From Anaerolineae bacterium (lineage in GTDB: Bacteria; Chloroflexota; Anaerolineae; UBA1429): 64,000 bases of DNA. The translations under genes and the position numbers were made by a program. The stretch is taken from NCBI GenBank assembly GCA_963675785.1, contig OY776562.1, forward strand, positions 2,368,001 through 2,432,000, given 5' to 3'. The notes beneath the pieces are model-generated. The model ran no database searches and was not told the DNA's origin. It saw only the letters and a list, made by a program, of their open reading frames with translations. Shown here in pieces: positions 1-10,300 of the stretch; the stretch's first letter is position 1; every line of letters starts with the position of its first letter.

Positions 1-180
1 TACTAGTTCCAACACCGGATGCTGGCCCGCAAAGGGCAGGCAAGACGCGAGATCGTAGGCAGCAATGGTGCGCATCACCTCGGCACGCATCAAGGCAAAA
101 TCCACGCGTTGCTCGACAAGCGTGCCGTCCAAATCGAACAACCAGGCCCGAGCCCGGCTCAAACGTTCCAGATTGTCCAT
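1..180 (-). CDS. HAD-superfamily hydrolase, N-terminal part (runs off window edge)
   Basis: Manual translation from ATG at 180: MDNLERLSRARAWLFDLDGTLVEQRVDF...; contains HAD motif I DxDGT; starts 1 nt after the upstream gene's stop. Confidence 0.8.
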   Translation of the reverse strand, partial: MDNLERLSRARAWLFDLDGTLVEQRVDFALMRAEVMRTIAAYDLASCLPFAGQHPVLELV

Positions 181-181
181 G

Positions 182-3100
182 CTATTTGAATCCCAACACC
201 CGGTTATTCAACGTATCGCACACATAGAGCGTGCCATCATCACTCAGGGCCACGCCAGTAGGCTGGTTCAAGCCATTCACGCCCGATCCCGTCTGCCCCC
301 AGGTTCTCACCAGATTTCCCTCGCCATCAAACTCTAGGATACGGTCATCCTCGGGATCACTGACAAACACATGGCCCTCATCATCCACAGCGATATAGGG
401 CTTGTTCACCACGGAGGTGCCTTCCCAGGAATAGATTGTCCATTCCCGGACATAGCGCAACTGATCATCAAAAACCTGTACGCGGTGATTCCATGTATCC
501 ACCACATATAAATAGCCGTCAGGGCCTATCGCCAAGCCCACCGGCTCTTGGAACTGGCCCGCATCCGAGCCAGAGCCGCCGATGATAGCCAGCGTGTCTC
601 CATCGGCATTGTACTTGACGATGCGTTTGTTACCGGTATCGGCCACATACACGTTACCCTGCTCATCCAGAACGATATCACGTGGACCATAGAGTAAATA
701 GCCCGAGCCGGACACATCCTCTTGACCAAACTGCCCCCAGGCATTGACGAGTGTGCCATCGGGGTCAAACACCTGGATGCGCCCGTTCCAGGTATCGGCC
801 ACATAACAAGTGCCATCATCGGCTACAGCAATGCCCCAGGGTTCGGAAAACTGGCCCAGCTCGGAACCGCTGCTGCCCAAAGTGCCAATTTCGATGCCTT
901 CACTCGACAGAATGGTGACACGGTTCGCCGATCCTTCGGCAATATAGATATTGCCCTCAGCGTCTATGTCAACATCTTTGGGCGCACTCAAAGTCAACGT
1001 GTCCGCTGAACCTGTCAGGATCACATCGGCGTCTACTGATTCCCACAAGTCGAGGTACTCGTCGCCCGGGAGCGTACCGTCGAGCGAAGCCGTCTCGATG
1101 CCATAATCCCAGAGCTGCTGCGCAATATCGCGGCGAATATACATGGAAAAGCGGCTCACCAGCGGCCAATTATCGGTGCTCACGGTGTATTCACGACTCC
1201 AGATAATGTTCCATATCTGCTCGCGACTCTCAGCGTTGGTGAGCTTGTCCCACACATTGCGCAGGGTAAGGTTAAAATAGGTGTCTTGATTGGGCCACCA
1301 AATGAGGCGGTAATCACGCACATAATAGTCAGTACCCAGATAAGATGAGACTGCCGCTTGGTTACCAGAACTCACCAGAATAACATCAGCGCCCATTACG
1401 CTAGAAGCTGTATCTTCTGTAAAGAGAATGCGGTTATCGAAATCGCGCAGGTACCACTCGAAAGGCCACGATGATTCGTTGTCATAAGCAACTGTGAGGT
1501 GCAGATCGCCGGTCAAACGCTCTGAAAGCTCTTCCAACTCGTCGGCCACCAAAGCCACGTCTGGCGTGCCCTGGGCGTATACCATGTATTCGGTCGCCAT
1601 GGCCGCATTGCTAAAGCTAGCCATGAAAGCAAAACGTAGTGTGACGGCAGCCAGGATAGAGAACAGCGACAGACCGACCATGCGCCAGCCATCTTGGCGC
1701 GACAGGCGAGACAGGATCCGTGTCATGAAATAGATCACAATTGCCCCGCCAATGAGAGTGACAACCGTTCTCATCCACTCTTGCTGGGCAATGCGGCTCA
1801 CATCCAAAGGGTTCCCCGGCGAAAGCAGGCGATAAACGACATAGAGAAGCATGGGCACGAGAAGCAGCAGCCACAGGCCACCCTTTTCGCGCAGCGCCTT
1901 CCAGTCAGTCTCAAACAGGTGTGCTGCGGTCCAACCGGCCAATAACTGCATCGGGATGGCGATGTGGATCATCAACCAGGGCATTTTCTCGCCAGCCCAG
2001 CTGTACATGACAAAAGTAAGGACAAACCAAACGATGAGCAGCGGCACAAAGGGGATGGAAGGTAGGTTGCTCAAGCCTTCGATCTGCGGCGATTTCTGGC
2101 GGCGATCACCTTTGGCGGCGTAAACACCAATGCCGCAAAGAGCGAGGATGAGCGGCAGGAATTCGTACAGCGAGATGAACAGGGCATAGTAATAGCCAGG
2201 CTGGTTGCCGCGCTTGACGCCCTGCTGAGAAAGCCAGTAACCCAACTGCCCCACGATACCCGTCGCTAGGCCCTCGACGGGATTGGTGAACATGCTGGTA
2301 AAGAGGGGGATGAAAATAGCCCAGAAAATGCCCGCCGAAACGAGCCACTTTTTGCGATTCCACAGAATGCCCAACAAAGCAGAAAGGGCAATCATGCCAC
2401 CCACAATGGCCGCCTTGGCCCCCAACTGGGTGGTGTAATCCACCGAATCCATGCCCAACAGGTTGATCACAAAGGGCGAGGCAAGGGGCAATATGAGCGT
2501 GACCATTACGGCCATGAGATCGAATACGGGAAGGTCGATAGCCTGACGGAAATTGAGCGGACGCATTCTATAAAGATGGTAGAGCCAATAGGCAAACAAG
2601 AACACGCCAAAGATGAAATAGGTAATAAAGGTGGTCTCTTTGGCCGTGAAGCCCAATGATATCATGGCGGCAGCCAAATAGAGATCGCGCGGTTTGCGAT
2701 GCGCAAGGTAGCGCAGGCTGGCCACTAACAATAACAGGTTAAAGAGCGCTACAAATTGATCGTGGCGAATGTAGCGAGAACGAGTCATCAATACGGGCGA
2801 AATGGCCATAAATAAGGCGGCCAACAGAGCACCCTTTTTGCCCAACCACTCTTTGAGCAGCAGGGGCACCAGGGTGATGCCGATGCCAAAGAGAGCCGCC
2901 CCCAGACGCGCTGTAAAGTCGGTATCGCCAAATATGGAAAAGATAAAGGCCGTAAACGTGTACAGGAAGGGGCCATGATAGACGGGGTTATGTTGGTAGC
3001 CCTGGCCGGTGATGTATTTCCATGACATCCAGGCATGGATGCTCTCATCATGGCTGTAAGCACGCCCGCCCAGGTCCCACAGGCGAGTAAATACGACAAA

Positions 3101-3199
3101 GACAAACACCGCCACATAGAGCACCATGAACCATGAAATTCGCGAGCCCTTGAACAGCGGCCGGTCTAGAAATGTTGTTCGTTCCTGATCATTGGTCAT
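182..3199 (-). CDS. TIGR03663/Agl23-like GT-C-fold membrane protein fused to C-terminal NHL-repeat beta-propeller
   Basis: 1005 aa, many TM segments; N-terminal HDE and YHGP motifs typical of TIGR03663; ~6 NHL repeats (P.GIAV..DG..YV.DT.N.RI) in the last ~270 aa. Confidence 0.85.
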   Translation of the reverse strand: MTNDQERTTFLDRPLFKGSRISWFMVLYVAVFVFVVFTRLWDLGGRAYSHDESIHAWMSWKYITGQGYQHNPVYHGPFLYTFTAFIFSIFGDTDFTARLGAALFGIGITLVPLLLKEWLGKKGALLAALFMAISPVLMTRSRYIRHDQFVALFNLLLLVASLRYLAHRKPRDLYLAAAMISLGFTAKETTFITYFIFGVFLFAYWLYHLYRMRPLNFRQAIDLPVFDLMAVMVTLILPLASPFVINLLGMDSVDYTTQLGAKAAIVGGMIALSALLGILWNRKKWLVSAGIFWAIFIPLFTSMFTNPVEGLATGIVGQLGYWLSQQGVKRGNQPGYYYALFISLYEFLPLILALCGIGVYAAKGDRRQKSPQIEGLSNLPSIPFVPLLIVWFVLTFVMYSWAGEKMPWLMIHIAIPMQLLAGWTAAHLFETDWKALREKGGLWLLLLVPMLLYVVYRLLSPGNPLDVSRIAQQEWMRTVVTLIGGAIVIYFMTRILSRLSRQDGWRMVGLSLFSILAAVTLRFAFMASFSNAAMATEYMVYAQGTPDVALVADELEELSERLTGDLHLTVAYDNESSWPFEWYLRDFDNRILFTEDTASSVMGADVILVSSGNQAAVSSYLGTDYYVRDYRLIWWPNQDTYFNLTLRNVWDKLTNAESREQIWNIIWSREYTVSTDNWPLVSRFSMYIRRDIAQQLWDYGIETASLDGTLPGDEYLDLWESVDADVILTGSADTLTLSAPKDVDIDAEGNIYIAEGSANRVTILSSEGIEIGTLGSSGSELGQFSEPWGIAVADDGTCYVADTWNGRIQVFDPDGTLVNAWGQFGQEDVSGSGYLLYGPRDIVLDEQGNVYVADTGNKRIVKYNADGDTLAIIGGSGSDAGQFQEPVGLAIGPDGYLYVVDTWNHRVQVFDDQLRYVREWTIYSWEGTSVVNKPYIAVDDEGHVFVSDPEDDRILEFDGEGNLVRTWGQTGSGVNGLNQPTGVALSDDGTLYVCDTLNNRVLGFK

Positions 3200-3214
3200 G
3201 AAAGCATCTCCAAC

Positions 3215-4921
3215 CTAATTCGCGAAAACCCACACCTGCACGCTGGTTTCCTCAAGATCACCTATGGCATCTCGCCACAGCAACCAGCTCAGCAGAGCGT
3301 TGGCATCATCCAGATGTTCGGTCCAATCCCAGCTCTTGCTCATAGAGAAAGTTTGAGCAACCATGCCCAGCGGGCCATCACGGCCATCCGCCGGGGCAAT
3401 CAATACATCATACGTTGCATCAGCATCCGCTGCCGAAACGCATTCAAAGCCACGTGTGGCCCACAGCGCCTGCGGCGAGACATCGGCATCGATGGCAACC
3501 ACGGCAACAGAAGCATCACCCAGATTATGTGCAGAATATGTATGAATCCAATCCTCTAGGAGCGACACCTCGCTGGAAGAAACATCCTCCACCAGCAGTT
3601 CCCGGGGATCTGCGGCCGTTTGATAGCCCACAGCCGTTGCACTGCGGATGGTGACCATAGCGGCTATGGCGCATAGCATCGCCAGGGCAATACGCCCCGC
3701 ACCCCAATCTGTGGTATAGGCGCTCATGGCCAGGGCAGCAACAATGCCGATACCACAGGCAACAAGGGTCATTGAAAGCACAGTGTTGTTGGCATAGACC
3801 ACATAGCTGGCTACCGAGAGGCCGCCAAACACTAGAAAAAGCCCAATCCCCCAAAGCAAGATGCCCTCGCGTGTACCAGGACGCGGCCAATTGACGATCA
3901 TATGCTGCAAACCGAATCCGGCCAAAACCACGGCCGGCACGAGGATGGCCATGGATGAGGAAAGAATAGCCTGTCCGGAGAGCAAGCCATAGAAGATCGC
4001 CATCCCCGCCCATATGGACAGGCCAATGCCCGCAGCATTGCGTTGGTGAATGCTACTGACTACTCCCGTCACGGCCAGAATGGTGAGCAGCGGCTCATAA
4101 AGCAGGAGCACAGCGAGCTGTTTCCACCAGAGCTGCGGCGCAAAGAGCAGCCCAAACTTGCCGATGCTGTCGATAGTCGTAGCGATGCCATCCAGATTGG
4201 TGAGTAGAGCGCTGGACAGCATCAAGAACACAGCCAGAGCAATCAGCCAGTCCTGTCCATCCTTCAACCAGGCGGAGAGGCGCTGGCGGATGATCGTCCG
4301 CTGGGAATAGCCTGACAGACGGTAGGCAGCCCAGCCAGCCACCGCAGCACCGAGCAGGGTGCCCACAAAGGCACCACCTGCTACCAAGCCAACGCCGACA
4401 AGGATAATCGAGGCTTTGGCACAGCGGGAATCGCCCTCAGCCCAGGCACGCCAAATGATCACCAGCCAGGCCAGAGACATCGCCCCCACCAGAATGCTGG
4501 TCGATGAGGTGCGCGAGGCCAAGGCCCACACGGGGCTCACCAATAAGAGCAGGCTCATGCCCAAGGCGCCCCAGCGCCCCACGTAACCTCGCAGGCCCAA
4601 GGGCAGCAGCACAATTAAAGAGCCCAAGAGTGCCGGCAGCACACGAGTTGCCACCACCGAGCTACCGAATATCTCAAACATGAGGGCGTCTGCATCATAC
4701 AGTAGTGCCGAATAGGCGTCGGGCAGGGCCTTCAGACCCAAAGCGCCCAAGGCCGTGAGCAAGCCCTCACTCGATAGAGGTGCATCGCCAAGCGCCCAAA
4801 AGCGCGCGAGCAGTGCCGCGAGGGCAATCAATGCATACGCGGCTACCTCGACAGTAATCGTAAACGGCCGTGACTCTTTTCCTGGCAATTCGCTGGAAAC
4901 TGTGGAATCAAACATGCTCAT
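3215..4921 (-). CDS. PMT/GT-C-like polytopic membrane protein, degenerate TIGR03663 paralog
   Basis: 568 aa hydrophobic; shares layout with neighbour (R-W-x-LG after TM1, R..ALLG, SPV...SR, LYE.L) but lacks DE and HGP. Confidence 0.65.
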   Translation of the reverse strand: MSMFDSTVSSELPGKESRPFTITVEVAAYALIALAALLARFWALGDAPLSSEGLLTALGALGLKALPDAYSALLYDADALMFEIFGSSVVATRVLPALLGSLIVLLPLGLRGYVGRWGALGMSLLLLVSPVWALASRTSSTSILVGAMSLAWLVIIWRAWAEGDSRCAKASIILVGVGLVAGGAFVGTLLGAAVAGWAAYRLSGYSQRTIIRQRLSAWLKDGQDWLIALAVFLMLSSALLTNLDGIATTIDSIGKFGLLFAPQLWWKQLAVLLLYEPLLTILAVTGVVSSIHQRNAAGIGLSIWAGMAIFYGLLSGQAILSSSMAILVPAVVLAGFGLQHMIVNWPRPGTREGILLWGIGLFLVFGGLSVASYVVYANNTVLSMTLVACGIGIVAALAMSAYTTDWGAGRIALAMLCAIAAMVTIRSATAVGYQTAADPRELLVEDVSSSEVSLLEDWIHTYSAHNLGDASVAVVAIDADVSPQALWATRGFECVSAADADATYDVLIAPADGRDGPLGMVAQTFSMSKSWDWTEHLDDANALLSWLLWRDAIGDLEETSVQVWVFAN

Positions 4922-4947
4922 CTCTTTACAACTAGAACGACAAGAGG

Positions 4948-4956
4948 ATTATACCA
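4948..4956 (-). promoter_or_regulatory. Extended -10 promoter (TGgTATAAT) for the 4921-to-1 genes
   Basis: Minus strand TGGTATAAT in the 50-bp gap, ~27 nt upstream of start 4921. Confidence 0.6.
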
Positions 4957-4971
4957 CACCACTTTTTTCGG

Positions 4972-7326
4972 CTATGGACGCTCAAAGACAAGGTAGTCAC
5001 CCGATTCATAGGCCACCGATAAAAACTGACTCAAACGAAGTACCGTTGTGTCTGATACCCCGTAGGTCGTTCGCTCACGCGGCCCGATAATGACATAGTC
5101 CACATCATATTCGGCCAGGGTCTGGGAGATGGCGTCGATATCGGTACTGGTGTAGATCAACTCGACTGCCGCTTCGCGCTCTGCGGGAAGCTCGTAACTG
5201 CCACGCCATTGCAGCTCATGGCCGGTCCAGCCCAGCAGCGTGGGGATACCCGTAGCCGCCGAGATCCAGCCGTATTCAGTATAAGAGCCCCCTACAGCCT
5301 CGACTAATACGGCTTCATCGGGGGCGTTCTCGTTCAGCCAATCAATGACCGCTTGCTCATCGGGACGATAAACGGCTACATAAGCTGTGCCGTCCAAAGA
5401 AGGTGTGCCTGCAAACCCGTCGGTGCGACTGATAGCAGCCGCCACAGTATAGACACTGCCAGACAGGATGAGCACCACCACAACCACCAGCCAGGGAGCC
5501 ATCGCCAAGCGGCCAGCCATACGCAGTGCCTTCCAACGACTAGCCACTGCATACATGCCCCAGGCCGAAGCACAGGAGAGCAACAACCAGCCCGCATAAT
5601 AGAACTTGAATACCGTGTTCATGCGCGTGCCAAAACTATCACTCAGCATGATAAATTCGACGCTGGACACCAACAGCAGACCGCCGATGGTCATCAGCAG
5701 GGCGAGCATATCGGGCATATCAAGCCGAGCGCCATCCTCGCGCCAGTTGGCAAAAAAGACCGCAGCAGCAGCGGCAGCCAACCCCAGGGCGATGGCCGCA
5801 GTCCACCAGCCCTGCACCAAGCAAAGGCCGATGACGAGGAGCCCCAACACCTCAATCAGGCGTACGACAGGCTTGAGCGAACAGCGCGCACGATCCTTGA
5901 GGGCAGGCACAGCCAGTGAGATGATATAGCCCAACAGCGCTACAACGAACACGCCGAACATCAGCATGAACTGCTGTGGCTGCGTCTTGACATCGACAGC
6001 AGCAAAACCGCCCGCTTGAGAGCGGAAGGAGAGGTAAAAGGGCATATAGGCGATGATGGCAATGGACCCGATCGCCAGGCATTCTACCACCCAGGTAGAA
6101 AGCCACGCGCGCCAGTTACCGACCTGATAGCCAACCCGCACGCCCAACACCACCAAGAACAAACCAAGGTAAACGGGCAAGTCCCAGGTGTTCATAAAGC
6201 CAAAAGCACCTAACAGCAGGCCCCACAGCCAGGGATCCCAGCGCCAACCTGTGTCGACGCCCGAGAAGAGACGCGTCAGCACCATGCTGAGGCCGCCCTC
6301 TTTGTCACCTTCTTCACGTATGATGCGCTTGGCCGGCATGAGCAGCAGATTCAGGGCCAGTGCAAAAGCCAGCATGACAAAGGGCAGAGCCAATACGTGA
6401 GGGTGAATATCGCCCAAGATGAGGCTAAAGAAGGGAAACTCGTCAATGACCTCGGAAGATTGTCCCAGGGCGTTATAGTCGTGGACGACGCGCGAGGCAC
6501 GCCACCACCACCAGGAATCGGCGGGTAGCCAGGTGCCGGTACCGGAAACAGTGAGGTTCTTGACATCCAGCCAGGTAAAGAGCGCCTCAGAGCCCAGGCC
6601 GCGAGAGCGAATTACCTCAAAGAGGCCCTCAAGATTGCCCATGAACAAGGCCAAAAAGCCACCCAATAGGCCAGCCCCAACACCACTGGCGCCCTCTTTG
6701 CCCTTGTGAGAAAGCACCATATTGCGCAGCAACGAAAAAGCGCCCATGAAAGCCAGAGCGAACACGGTCGCGCAGACCAGGTTATAGGTGATTGAGGCGC
6801 TCAACCCGGAAAAGAGCGTCACAAAAGCAGCGAGGATATAGCCAAAGTAATAATAGCTGATGCCATAACCGGCCAACCAGGGATCGGCTGGTGGAAAGCT
6901 ATCCGAATGGAGGATGCCATTGATAAAGGCATATTCCATGGGTTTTTCAGTGGCAGAAATCTCGGGGCGGTAGGCCACAAAGAAGGTAATGCCCAAAAAG
7001 ATCAGCAAAAACAGCCCCTCATTGAGCAGCAGGTGCCCACGAATAGCCTGCCAGTTTTCGCGCATTGCCTCATGATCGCGCAGCCACGGCAACCAGGAGA
7101 TCACCCCAAACACCGTGATGATCGATATGACCGCCGCGCGGCTGTTATGCAGCAAACCTGCGGTAACCAGCAGCCAGTAAGCCAGGCCGCAGAGGGCCAG
7201 CCCCACCACACGTGCAAGGGCAACGCCCTTGTCCGGCAGGTGCCGAAAAAGCTGCACCGTCAGGGGCAGAGCGGCAAAACCGATGATTGCCAGGGAGAGA
7301 TACCAGACAGCAATGTCGAGAATCAA
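4972..7326 (-). CDS. Chlor_Arch_YYY / DUF2298 (TIGR03662) membrane protein, single module
   Basis: 784 aa; motifs EKPME, DPWLAG, SYYYFG, IDEFPFFS..GDIHPH, RMNTVFKFY, GWTGHELQWR; TTG start with GGAGGAG SD. Confidence 0.88.
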   Translation of the reverse strand: MILDIAVWYLSLAIIGFAALPLTVQLFRHLPDKGVALARVVGLALCGLAYWLLVTAGLLHNSRAAVISIITVFGVISWLPWLRDHEAMRENWQAIRGHLLLNEGLFLLIFLGITFFVAYRPEISATEKPMEYAFINGILHSDSFPPADPWLAGYGISYYYFGYILAAFVTLFSGLSASITYNLVCATVFALAFMGAFSLLRNMVLSHKGKEGASGVGAGLLGGFLALFMGNLEGLFEVIRSRGLGSEALFTWLDVKNLTVSGTGTWLPADSWWWWRASRVVHDYNALGQSSEVIDEFPFFSLILGDIHPHVLALPFVMLAFALALNLLLMPAKRIIREEGDKEGGLSMVLTRLFSGVDTGWRWDPWLWGLLLGAFGFMNTWDLPVYLGLFLVVLGVRVGYQVGNWRAWLSTWVVECLAIGSIAIIAYMPFYLSFRSQAGGFAAVDVKTQPQQFMLMFGVFVVALLGYIISLAVPALKDRARCSLKPVVRLIEVLGLLVIGLCLVQGWWTAAIALGLAAAAAAVFFANWREDGARLDMPDMLALLMTIGGLLLVSSVEFIMLSDSFGTRMNTVFKFYYAGWLLLSCASAWGMYAVASRWKALRMAGRLAMAPWLVVVVVLILSGSVYTVAAAISRTDGFAGTPSLDGTAYVAVYRPDEQAVIDWLNENAPDEAVLVEAVGGSYTEYGWISAATGIPTLLGWTGHELQWRGSYELPAEREAAVELIYTSTDIDAISQTLAEYDVDYVIIGPRERTTYGVSDTTVLRLSQFLSVAYESGDYLVFERP

Positions 7327-7341
7327 GGATACTCCTCCAGG

Positions 7342-10300
7342 TCACATGGACGCGGGAACCTCATAGATTGCAGTCTCCGCATTTTGGTAGACGCGCTGTA
7401 GTTGACCAAGCGCCGCAAGCTGCTCGAACTTTTCCAAGCCTTCAGCATTGTACATGGCGTTCTCAAGCTGGCCTACATAGATGTACCGTACATCATAGAG
7501 AGATAAAAGGTCAAAGAAAAGGGCCTCGTCTGTGGTGTTGTACAGGGTCGAAACATCGTTTTGCCGACTCAGCACCGTCGCCCCATCGTGCTGTTCGCCA
7601 GAGTGCGCCCCTACGATGACCGCCAAACCCGTATAGGAAGAAACGCGCATGCCGCCTTCGCGATAGTAGCCTACATAGGCCTCCAGCAGGACGGGCGCAC
7701 CCTCGACGTTGTTCCACAACCAGGTGATCGCCTCGTAATCGTAGGTCAAGTCAATGGTATTGCTGGCATCAGGCCAAGTGTAAACGCCGCCGTCCATATA
7801 TGCCAGACCATCCAGTCCTACGGGGCGCGGTCCAACCTGACCGTTCACCTCGGGAAAGCGCTGAACGATACGTGAGGGAATGCTGAACGGCACATAAGAA
7901 AACCCGATAAACAGCACGAGCAGCAGACCCACGCGCCACGACCAGCGTCCCCAACCGAGTTTTTTGCTGGCCCGCCAGAGCAGGGGCAGTGTCGCGCCCA
8001 CAGCCAGCCCAATGAGAATCCAGGACTGAATGCCGAATTTGAACACCGTGTTCATGCGGAACCAATCGCCGCCATCCAAAAAATCGGGGAGATAAACGAG
8101 CTCTACACAGAGCAACATGCCCCAGCCGATACATAGCAACAGCGCGATCATACGTAGAGCCGCTGAATCGGCAGTAAGAGCGCCCCAGCCAGATAGCAAC
8201 ACCAGTACCGCGCACAGCCCCACCACTGGATGTACCCAGAAGCCCAGGGCGACACCGCCAACAATAGCCGCCAGAACCACGCCCCAAGTAGCCTTGCGTA
8301 AGCCGGCTGAAAGATGAGCCAGCTGCCATACCAGATAAGAGATGGAGGGAATGAGCAGCGTTCCCCATACCACAAACCACAATGCCGGTGCCGAACGCGA
8401 TGCCGAAGGGACGAGGCTGAGACCCGATTCGGGGGCATCAAAGGTAGCGTAAAAAGGCGCATAGAGAAGCACCGCCAGCAACACTAGGGCAAGCGCTATC
8501 AACAAGCCAATACCCAGGCCATGCCATCGTGCCTGCCTCCAGCCGCGTAACACCAGTGCCCCGGTCAGCAGCAGCACGGCGGCGGGCAGAGACCAGGTGT
8601 TCATGGGACCCAACGCACCCAGAGTCACAACAGCCCAAACAAACCAGCAGAGGGCACGTCGCCAGAAGAATGTCTCTTGCTCCTGAGCTAATACGGCCCA
8701 AGCCAAGGCCGCAATAAAGAGCATAAAGGGAATGGCGATCATGTGCGGATGCAGATCGGCAAACAGGAAACTGAAAAAGGGAAACTCGTTGATGGTATAG
8801 GGGATAATGCGCGTGCCATGGCTCCAGTAGTCGAACGAGCCGAGCTGCGCTGACCCTGCCAACACGCTGCGCAGCCCCTGCCACACAGCGCCGATATCGG
8901 ACCACTGCCAATCGGTGGCCGAGGCAAAAGTAGTGCCGCCGGCTGCAGCTAATTGCTCCAAGAGCTGCGCAAACGACGAAAGGTTGGCCAGCAAGGCCAC
9001 ACAAGCCGCGGCCGCCACCCCACCCCATAAGGCCAAACGCGAATCGAGGCGCTCGCCAGACAATCGCGAGGTCAACCATCGCCCCAGGCTATAGGCAATG
9101 GAAATGGTGAGTGCGAAAAAGGTGGGAATAGCCAGATTGAAAGCCACTTCGGGGGTCAGACCAGCCAACTTTTGCAGAAAATTGACCACGAACAAGCCGT
9201 AATAGTAATAGTTGATCGTCAGACCGGATAGATAGGGATCATAAGGCGGCATATAAGCCGATTTCGAGGTGGCGTTGAGAAAGGCGATCTCCATCATCTT
9301 TTCGCCGCCGTACCAGGGCTGCCACAAATCGGGGTTGAGCATGCGGATGATGACAAAGACGACGAACGCCGCGGTAAAGATCAGTTCAGTGCGCAGGATA
9401 TCCTGCAGGATATCCTGGCCGTTCTCGCGCCAGGCAACGCGCAACGCGGGTTGGCGGCGCCAGGCGCAAATCCCGACGATGAACATCACGCCCAGCACAG
9501 CCCAGGCCCAGCCAGCACTGTTGGGGATGATCTCCAGACTAGAGCCCAACCACAGCAGCAAACTGCCGAGCAGTAAGCCTGCCGTGCGCGCAAAACCATA
9601 GCCCTTGCCGGGCAGCGCCTCAAACAAGGGAGCGATGAGCGGCCAAGCGGCCAGACCCAACAGCCACAGCACCAACCACCAACTGACAATGGCAACATTG
9701 TCAGAAACAGCCGCGAGTGAGTTCCACCCGCGGCTGTCGACGGTCTCCCGCCCCAGAGGATCGAGCGCTGCTTCTTCGGCAGTAGCGCCATCGTCCTCAT
9801 CGGCCAGCACCGAAGCGCCAACCCAATGTTGGTTCAGCCAGCCCTTGATGCCATCGAGCAGACCGACAGCCTCGCTAACTTCTTTCTCTCCGATGACCTT
9901 GTAGATGACGGTATTGCCCTGTGAAAAGACAATCTCAAGGCTTTGACCCTCCATCTCGGTGAACTTGGACAAGCCCAAAGCGGTGTAGGAACTGCGTTCA
10001 ATCTGCCCCACCATCACATAGGCCACATCATATTCATCCAGAATCTCGAGAGCTCGTGAGATATCCTCCGTGTTATAGAACTCGGACACATCCTGCAGGC
10101 GCCAATCAATGCGCGTGCCGCCGGCCACAGAGCGCTGCTGGCGTTGGTGCCAATCCCAGCCAATAACCGTGGGCAGGCCAGTATAGATGGACACCCGACT
10201 ACCCCAACGATAGAGCTGGCCCACGCCTTCCATCACCACCGGCGAACCCTCGACGTTCTCTTGCAGCCACTCGATGGCCGCCAGATCCTCGTTGAGGCTC

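Noticed and set aside
182-1000. Periodic ~140-bp similarity
   Set aside because: NHL protein repeats, not a nucleic-acid array
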